A stretch of DNA of 64,000 bases. Source: Eledone cirrhosa (taxonomy: Eukaryota). Positions 55,821-64,000 of the stretch are shown here, piece by piece. How positions within the stretch are numbered: the first letter of the stretch is position 1; each line of letters opens with the position of its first letter. The position numbers and the translations under genes are program-made. The DNA lies in the NCBI GenBank assembly GCA_964016885.1, contig OZ024752.1, positions 49,476,001 through 49,540,000 of the forward strand, in the 5' to 3' direction. Below the pieces are notes generated by a model. That model was not told the DNA's origin. It ran no database searches and worked only from the letters and a program-made list of their open reading frames with translations.

Positions 55821-56761
55821 TATATGCTATATATATGTATTTATGTATTTATTTATATATAATTATTATTATTATAGAAGTAGACACAAATTTGTGAACG
55901 TCTTGCTGCCTTTATCTTTTATTTTTGTATCAATGTGTTTGCTAATCTATAGCTGATATTTTCTTCTGCAAGACTTTTTTTTTGTTCGTTTAACCAAGAA
56001 CCAAACCTCTAACACTTCTCACTCAATATCATAAAATGGAATCATATTATGCTGCTCTGTATATCTAACATCTTTCTTTCTTTCTTTTTTATCCTTAAAA
56101 AAAAAAAAAAAAAAATCTTTTTGTTTGTTTGTTTTTTAGTTGCTTGATTAAATCTTTTCTGACTCTTTCCTATCTTTTTCTTCTATCCACATATATGCAC
56201 ACATATATATATATATAGACACACATATATACACACATATATACGCACATATACATGCAAACACACGCCTGTGTGTATGAGTATTTGTGTATGTATGTAT
56301 GTATGTATGTTTGTGTGTATGTATGTGTGTGTGTGTGTGTGTATCTACATATAAATGTATGTATATATATATATATATATATATATGTTATATATATTAT
56401 ATATATATGCATGTATATACACATGTGTGTGTACATATATATATATAAATGTATGTATATATATATATATATATATGTTATATATATTATATATATATGC
56501 ATGTATATACACATGTGTGTGTACATATATATATATATATGCATATATAAGTATATATCTAGATATATATGCATATATATATATGTATATATATATATAT
56601 ATGCATATATATATGTATATATATATATACATATATATGTATATATATATATATGTATATATATGTATGTATATATATATATGTGTATATATATGTATGT
56701 ATATATATATATATGTATATATATGTATGTGTATATATATGTACGTATATATATGTATGTA

Positions 56762-56794
<33 letters not shown>

Positions 56795-57072
56795 GCATAT
56801 ATATACATATGCGTATATATATATTTATAAATATATATGTATATATATGCATATATACACATATGCGTGTATATATATATATATATTTATGTGTATATAA
56901 TTTTTTCCTGTATGCATTAGAATATTTTAATTTGCATTTCAGAAATAAAAAAAATAAAGAGTCCCAGGGAATATATTTGCATATTTGTATTATTCTCGTT
57001 AATTAAACCTCACTCCTATGACAACTGTAGATACATCACAAAACTGAGTTCATCACCAATGGATGGCTGTAT

Positions 57073-57132
<60 letters not shown>

Positions 57133-57566
57133 CACCACCACTACTACTACCACCACCACCACTACTACTACCACCACCACCACGACTACTACTACTATTA
57201 CTACTACTACTACTACCACCACTACTACCACTACTACCACCACTACTACCACCACTACTACTGCTGCTATTACTACTACCACTACTACTACTACTACCAC
57301 TACTGTTCATAACGATATATACTGATTAATATTATTTTGATGGACATCTATATAAACCATAAAATAAAATTACTTTTAAAAATTATTTAAAAATTATTTT
57401 ATCCTAAAATGAAAATTATAATATGATAATATAATATCTAATATGATAATATATAATATGATTATATATAATATAATATGATATGATATGATACAATATT
57501 TAATATGAAGTTTGATAAATTTATAAGAAGCATCACCAACAATGAAAATATTAGTAATGATAATAA

Positions 57567-58200
57567 TTGTTTCTACTTTAGGCACAAGGCCAGAAATTTC
57601 CCCAGTGCATTACTGGTACTTTATTTTATCGACCCCGTAAGGATGAAAGGCATTCTACTTTAGGCACAAGGCTAGCAATTTGGGGGAAGGGGAAAGTCAA
57701 TTAAACCACCCCAGTGTATTACTGGTACTTTAGCTTATTGACCCCCGTAAGGATGAAAGGCAAAGTTAATCTCGGTAGGATTTGAAATCAATAATAATAA
57801 TAATGATGATGGTTTCATTTATTGATTTATTGGCCACAAGGGCCGACATATAGGGGACAATACAAAGACAGGGACAGTGGGGGTGTGGGGTGGGGTGGAG
57901 GTGGGGTGGGGGTTAGAATAAAATTGAGTGAAAATACACAATAACAAACACATCTAACAATGAAAGAATATAAAAATAAAATATATATAAGTATATAACA
58001 AAATAAATATAATAATGATATTAATAATAATAATTGTTTCTACTTTTGGCACAAGGGGCCAGCAATTATCCCAGTGCATTACTGGTACTTTATTTTATCG
58101 ACCCCCGTAAGGATGAAAGGCAAAGTTAACCTCGGCGGGATTTGAACTCAGATCGTAAAGGCCCGTAACTCCATGCTGCAAAGCATGGCGTCCAACCCTC
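57567..58200 (-). mobile_element. Cluster of partial family S1 SINE copies (57567-57790; 58034-58200)
   Basis: Repeated GTTTCTACTTT(A/T)GGCACAAGG...CCAGTGCATTACTGGTACTTTATTTTATCGACCCC. Confidence 0.75.
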
Positions 58201-58677
58201 AAAAATGATTTCATTTATTGGCCATCTACTTTTGACACAAGGAAGGTAATTATGAGTGAGCGAACAATGATTGCATTTCTGAAGTTTTACTTAGTTTCAC
58301 TAACGAGAATAATCAATAAATTAATGCATGTAGGTATTGAATTTTAACATCAAAGCTATTTTCATAATAGTAAATAGATGATAAATTTCACCATAGGATT
58401 TTGATTATTGTGTTAATTGAAAATCTACATTGGATTCTATATACGATATCAGCAGCTGATAATATTTAATATTATCAATAATAAATATAGAATATTTCAT
58501 TAGTAATGTAACTGTGTTAGGCTGTGTGTATTCTTAGCAGGTATATATATATATATATAAGTATATACATATATAAGTATATACATACATACATATCTAT
58601 CTATACATATATATCTATATATATATATATATGCAAAAGGCAAACAGAAACTGTATTAGGCTGTATGTATTCATAGC

Positions 58678-58864
<187 letters not shown>

Positions 58865-58955
58865 GCATGTATGTATGTATATATATATATGCATGTATGT
58901 ATGTATGTATATATATATATATATGTATGTATATATATATATATATGCATGTATG

Positions 58956-59002
<47 letters not shown>

Positions 59003-59030
59003 GCATGTATGTTTATATATATATGTATAT

Positions 59031-59067
<37 letters not shown>

Positions 59068-59167
59068 CAAAAGGCAAACAGAAATAACAAAGCAAACGAT
59101 ACAGTACAATGAAGAAATACAGTATTAGTTTTATGCTTGATATAGTAGGAAAAGAGTCTTTTCCTAC

Positions 59168-59197
59168 TATACGTTTCAAACACTAGTCTTTCATCAG
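59168..59197 (-). ncRNA. Partial hammerhead core next to a short fold-back
   Basis: Reverse complement: CTGATGA A AGAC-TAGT-GTTT GAAA CGTA; weak stem I; adjacent inverted repeat tatagtaggaaaaga/tcttttcctactata. Confidence 0.4.
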
Positions 59198-59248
59198 AAA
59201 ATAGAATGAAAAATGTTATATATATATATATTATATATATATATATAT

Positions 59249-59310
<62 letters not shown>

Positions 59311-59315
59311 AATAT

Positions 59316-59391
<76 letters not shown>

Positions 59392-59396
59392 AATAT

Positions 59397-59493
<97 letters not shown>

Positions 59494-59508
59494 TATATAT
59501 AATATATA

Positions 59509-59630
<122 letters not shown>

Positions 59631-59805
59631 TATATATAATATATATATATATTATATATATATTATATATATATAATATATATATATATTATATATATAT
59701 AATATATATATATATTATATATATATAATATATATATATATTATATATATATTATATATATATATATTATATATATATATATAATATATATATATATATT
59801 TTATA

Positions 59806-59848
<43 letters not shown>

Positions 59849-60034
59849 GTTATAGGAGTGAACTTCAAATATATCAATTGTACCTCTTTGATAATATCTA
59901 CATTAACCACTTTTCTACTTTATTTCTAATGAAATATCTTGTATTTTAATTAATTAATGAAGAATTCAGGAAGGATTTACTAAAATTATAATTTCATGAA
60001 GATAGTATTTGTAACATAATAAAATATTTTTATG

Positions 60035-60650
60035 TAAAATTATGTAAGAACTGTTTAAAATTATGTAAGAACTATTTAAAATTATGTAAGAACTATTTAA
60101 AATTATGTAAGAACCATTTAAAATTATGTAAGAACCATTTAAAATTATATATGAACCATTTAAAATTATGTAAGAACCATTTAAAATTATGTAGGAGCTA
60201 TTTAAAATTATGTAAGAACTATTTAAAATTATGTAAGAACTATTTAAAACTATGTAAGAACCATTTAAAATTATATAAGAACCATTTAAAATTATATAAG
60301 AACCATTTAAAATTATGTAGGACCTATTTAAAATTATGTAAGAACGATTTAAAATTATGTAAGAACCATTTAAAATTATGTAAGAACTATTTAAAATTAT
60401 GTAAGAACTATTTAAAATTATGTAGGAGCTGTTTAAAATTATGTAAGAACCATTTAAAATTATGTAGGAGCTGTTTAAAATTATGTAAGAACTATTTAAA
60501 TTATGTAAACGATTTAAAATTATGTAAGAACCATTTAAAATTATGTAAACGATTTAAAATTATGTAAGAACCATTTAAAATTAATTAAGAACTGTTTAAA
60601 ATTATGTAAGAACTATTTAAAATTATGTACGAACTGTTTAAAATTATGTG
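60035..60650. repeat. 21-bp minisatellite TTTAAAATTATGTAAGAACCA, ~29 units
   Basis: Period 21; lies within an AT-rich TTAA-element relic. Confidence 0.9.
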
Positions 60651-61099
60651 GTTTCGTTTTTATAGAAATAGAGGGAGCTTTTAGGTGGATTAGTAGGAAA
60701 AGTATTAATAATTTACCTTAACATAAGTACAAGGCCAAACATTCTTTTAAGATGTTGGGAGGAAGAATTGATTACATTAATCTCACTACTTAAGTAGTTC
60801 TTACTATATTTTATTGACTCTCTCTCACATACACACAGACAAAAAGGATTAGGGTTGACTTTGACCAGATTTAAACTCAGAATATAAATCTAAAAAGCCA
60901 TACCACATATCACAAGACATTTTCTCTGATGCTCTATTGATTATGCCAATTGCTTTTTTGCACCACAGTTCATCATTCTACAAAGCTGTTGTGTTTTCAT
61001 ATACTTTATTTTTCAGATTCTGCTGGCTAACGAACCACCTTGTATCTTATAAATGTTGCTCCCATCCCCAACTGCACACTGAATGTCATAACTTATTAC

Positions 61100-61147
<48 letters not shown>

Positions 61148-61261
61148 CATTATTAATATGAAATTTCAGTGTAACTTATGCAACTGACCTTTAATTCTAT
61201 TCTAAGGATACAAAAGTTCTCTTTATATACTGTTTCATCAATATATATATACATATATATA

Positions 61262-61333
<72 letters not shown>

Positions 61334-61975
61334 TAAACGTTATATGTTGTATGCTTTAATTCTTTATATATATATATATATATATACTTTTTTGTTTGTT
61401 TTTATCTATTTAGATGTTGCTTTCAGTTTAGCTTGCTTTTCATGTTTTTCTTATATGCTTGTTTCTCTTTCTGTAATATATTTCCCTTATATACTCATGT
61501 AAAAACGACACCAGTAGATAAATTGCATGCATTAAATCCTACCTCCATTTTACATATAACATTTACAATATACCACGTATTTTCAACTAAGGTTTTCTAG
61601 GTCCCATAGATAAGTAGCATGCTGGTTTTTATTTTTTTTAAAATGTTTTTATATGAGTATATACTGCATATATTTTTTATATATTTTCTGGTTTCCTATA
61701 TTTGTGGTTGATTTTTTTTGATTTCAAAAAGTATTAAAAAACAATCATTGGATTAGTTTTTTGTTTTCTTTTTGGTTCAATGTTCTCTGTATAATAATTC
61801 TTACAATGGTAACAGTGTTATTAATAATAATGCTAGCAACCATGTCTCTGTACATTAAACAAAGTAATAGCTTCTTTCTGATACATATACATTCATATAT
61901 ACATACACAAATACAAAGACATCTACATACTTGAACATACACACAGAGACATACACAATCATATATATATGTGTG

Positions 61976-62050
<75 letters not shown>

Positions 62051-62115
62051 GTATGTTTTAAAACAGTCAGCCTAAAAATTTCTTTAGTCAAAAATACGGT
62101 GAAAGCTTATATTTC

Positions 62116-62199
<84 letters not shown>

Positions 62200-62204
<5 letters not shown>

Positions 62205-62447
62205 ATACTTTGGGAGGGTCATGTTGCCAATAAGAAACACATGCACCAGTTGCTTTCACTTCAATTTATTATAAATTTATAAATTTCTGGTTGGTTGGTT
62301 GGTTCCACAACCAGATAGTTGTTTATATATAGTCATAGTTCTTTCGTCACACACTCTGTGACCTCTTCAGTGACTGGGGATTCCTTTCTTTGTTTCTGTG
62401 CCTCTCCTTTGTTCTGTCCTACGCCATTTTCACCAAATTCAGAAACG

Positions 62448-62450
<3 letters not shown>
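62200..62450 (-). mobile_element. Hammerhead-bearing element (family C) in (TA)n
   Basis: On the - strand: hammerhead 62331-62375, then AATAAA, then ATGACCCTCCCAAAGTATAACAA(TA)n. Confidence 0.55.
62331..62375 (-). ncRNA. Minimal type-I hammerhead ribozyme (family C)
   Basis: Reverse complement: AGTCA CTGAAGA G GTCACA-GAGTG-TGTGAC GAAA GAAC TA TGACT; perfect stems I and II. Confidence 0.75.
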
Positions 62451-62489
<39 letters not shown>

Positions 62490-62549
62490 TGTATATCTAT
62501 TAATATTTTATTTCCTTAGTTATTCTAGTCATATTTCAATTTGTCTTAA

Positions 62550-62771
62550 CCCTTTAGCATTTAAACCAGCCATATCCAGCCAGAATTCTCTCACTTCTTT
62601 CTGTTCCAACCAGCCATAATTGACTACTCATACTTATGTTACGGCATTGTTCTCAATATAAATAATATCAAAATCTTATAGATTCGATATTATGTGGGAT
62701 AATTTATGTGAGATAAAGTGTTTACTGTGAAAATATAATAGTAAATATAGAGTAATGTAAACGCTAAAGCA
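62550..62771. mobile_element. piggyBac-type MITE (family M1), right TIR degraded
   Basis: TTAA|CCCTTTAGCATTTAAACC..., internal homology to the other M1 copies. Confidence 0.75.
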
Positions 62772-62859
62772 TTATGATTAAAAAAAAAAAAACCCACACA
62801 AATAAAATGAAATGTATCAATTTAAGTTTATTTTTCATCTGATTTCTACTACTAACACA

Positions 62860-62889
62860 ACTCTTTTCTTTTTCTTCTCTTTTCCATAG
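62860..62889 (+). promoter_or_regulatory. 3' splice acceptor (polypyrimidine tract + AG) of the zinc-finger exon
   Basis: actcttttctttttcttctcttttccatAG, preceded by a CTAAC branch-point-like motif (~62852). Confidence 0.85.
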
Positions 62890-63644
62890 GTGAGCGTCCC
62901 TATATCTGTGGTGCTTGTGGAGTACAGTACAGCCAGAGCCATAGCTTGAAAAGCCACATTACTAATAAGCATGAGGGCAGAATGGGTTACTACATCAAAG
63001 AGAAACGGCACAGAGCTCACAGGGGGATAGGTTATATGACTGCTTCAGTCCCGGGTACCGATATGCCCCTATTCAAGATACCGCCAACTTCAGCTGTTCT
63101 CAATGCGAGTTTAACAGCTGGCCTTGACCTATCAAGTAAATTTTCTGAGCCTCTTAAGGCTTCGTTTCTTGATAATACTCTAAACCAACTGAAATCTAGT
63201 CCACAGCAACATAGTATCCTGAACGGCCACTCTTCACCCCACTGCGCTGATCTCCTGCAGAATCATTGCCCTCCGGGTCCTGGTTTTCCACCAGCACACC
63301 ATCACGGGCCTCTTCAGTACCAGGCTTCCAGGGGAACTGTGAAGATGGAACCTTTAGATAACGGCTCCAACCAAGCCATGGATCTTAGCATACGGTCTTC
63401 ACGTATTGGGCATGGTCATGCTAATGGCCACAACCAGCAGTGTTCCGATGTAAATGGTCTCGACGACTGTAAGCATGCTGAAAAATTAAAAACACTACGT
63501 GGCAATGTAGTCCGTATGCTGGCAATTCTGGTTCCAAACTTGGATTTTGAAGAGAAGGGGATAAGTGCAGAGGGAGATTCTGTGGACGAACTTCTCCAGG
63601 ATGTCATTGAAAGCAATTCCCCTGAAGAGGAAATTCCAGAATAG
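62890..63644 (+). CDS. Terminal coding exon of a C2H2 zinc-finger transcriptional regulator (linker GERPY + finger CGACx12Hx4H, then ~220 aa C-terminal region)
   Basis: Long polypyrimidine tract ending ...tttccatAG at 62888-62889. The phase-1 exon reads (G)GT GAG CGT CCC TAT ATC TGT = G-E-R-P-Y-I-C-G-A-C-GVQYSQSHSLKS-H-ITNK-H, in frame with ORF 62946..63644, stop TAG at 63642-63644. Non-repetitive, GC-richer composition. Confidence 0.93.
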
Positions 63645-64000
63645 TTTTAATTTACCAGAAACATGTAACGAGGATATAAACTAAACACAGAAAAAAAAAA
63701 TTATGAGATAAGGATCACATAAGGAACAGAAAGAAAAAAATAACAATAACAAAAACAAACATAAAACAAATGAATCTCACCAAAAAGGACGGAGTTTTAA
63801 AACGTCATTGTGTGGGTGGGTGGGTGGGGGGCAGTTTATTTATTTATTTATAATGACAAATGTTTGTCTGGTAATTCTAATGAAAGCCAATATCATCGTC
63901 TTTTAAACCCATATCTCACTCTCTCTCCCTTTCTTCTCCTTCTCTTTTCTGGTTTACCCTTTTTTTTTTATTGTTTCTTTATATGTAACATATATGTATG

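Noticed and set aside
60151-60567. Heptad ORF (KNHLKLC)n as a coiled-coil or metal-binding protein
   Set aside because: 21-bp minisatellite with frameshifting 20-bp units and no splice or start context
62946-62948. ORF-track start (TTG) as the protein start
   Set aside because: It lies inside the zinc finger; the exon begins at the splice acceptor at 62890

Overview
AT-rich eukaryotic (animal) genomic DNA, dominated by microsatellites. The SINE and LINE-tail families resemble those of octopus/coleoid cephalopods; this is an inference from memory and was not searched. Almost all ORF-track entries are translations of simple repeats and are not genes. The only clear coding sequence is the last exon (62890-63644, +) of a C2H2 zinc-finger gene, and I found no upstream zinc-finger exon, so most of the window is probably one very long intron. 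The exon encodes a (T)GERPY linker, one C2H2 finger, two xxDLS (CtBP-type) motifs, a VKME SUMO consensus, and a C-terminal helical segment that closely resembles the extreme C-terminus of MORC3/MORC4. The non-coding part contains: (i) many short elements embedded in (TA)n that carry minimal type-I hammerhead ribozymes and fold-back inverted repeats (Penelope-like retroelement 3' ends or retrozyme-like); (ii) a full-length 5S rRNA-like sequence fused to a SINE-like tail; (iii) tRNA-derived SINEs, some with target-site duplications; (iv) TTAA-flanked piggyBac-type MITEs; (v) several minisatellites that visibly arose from MITE, SINE and RTE-LINE sequence; and (vi) a candidate antisense Cys-rich exon.
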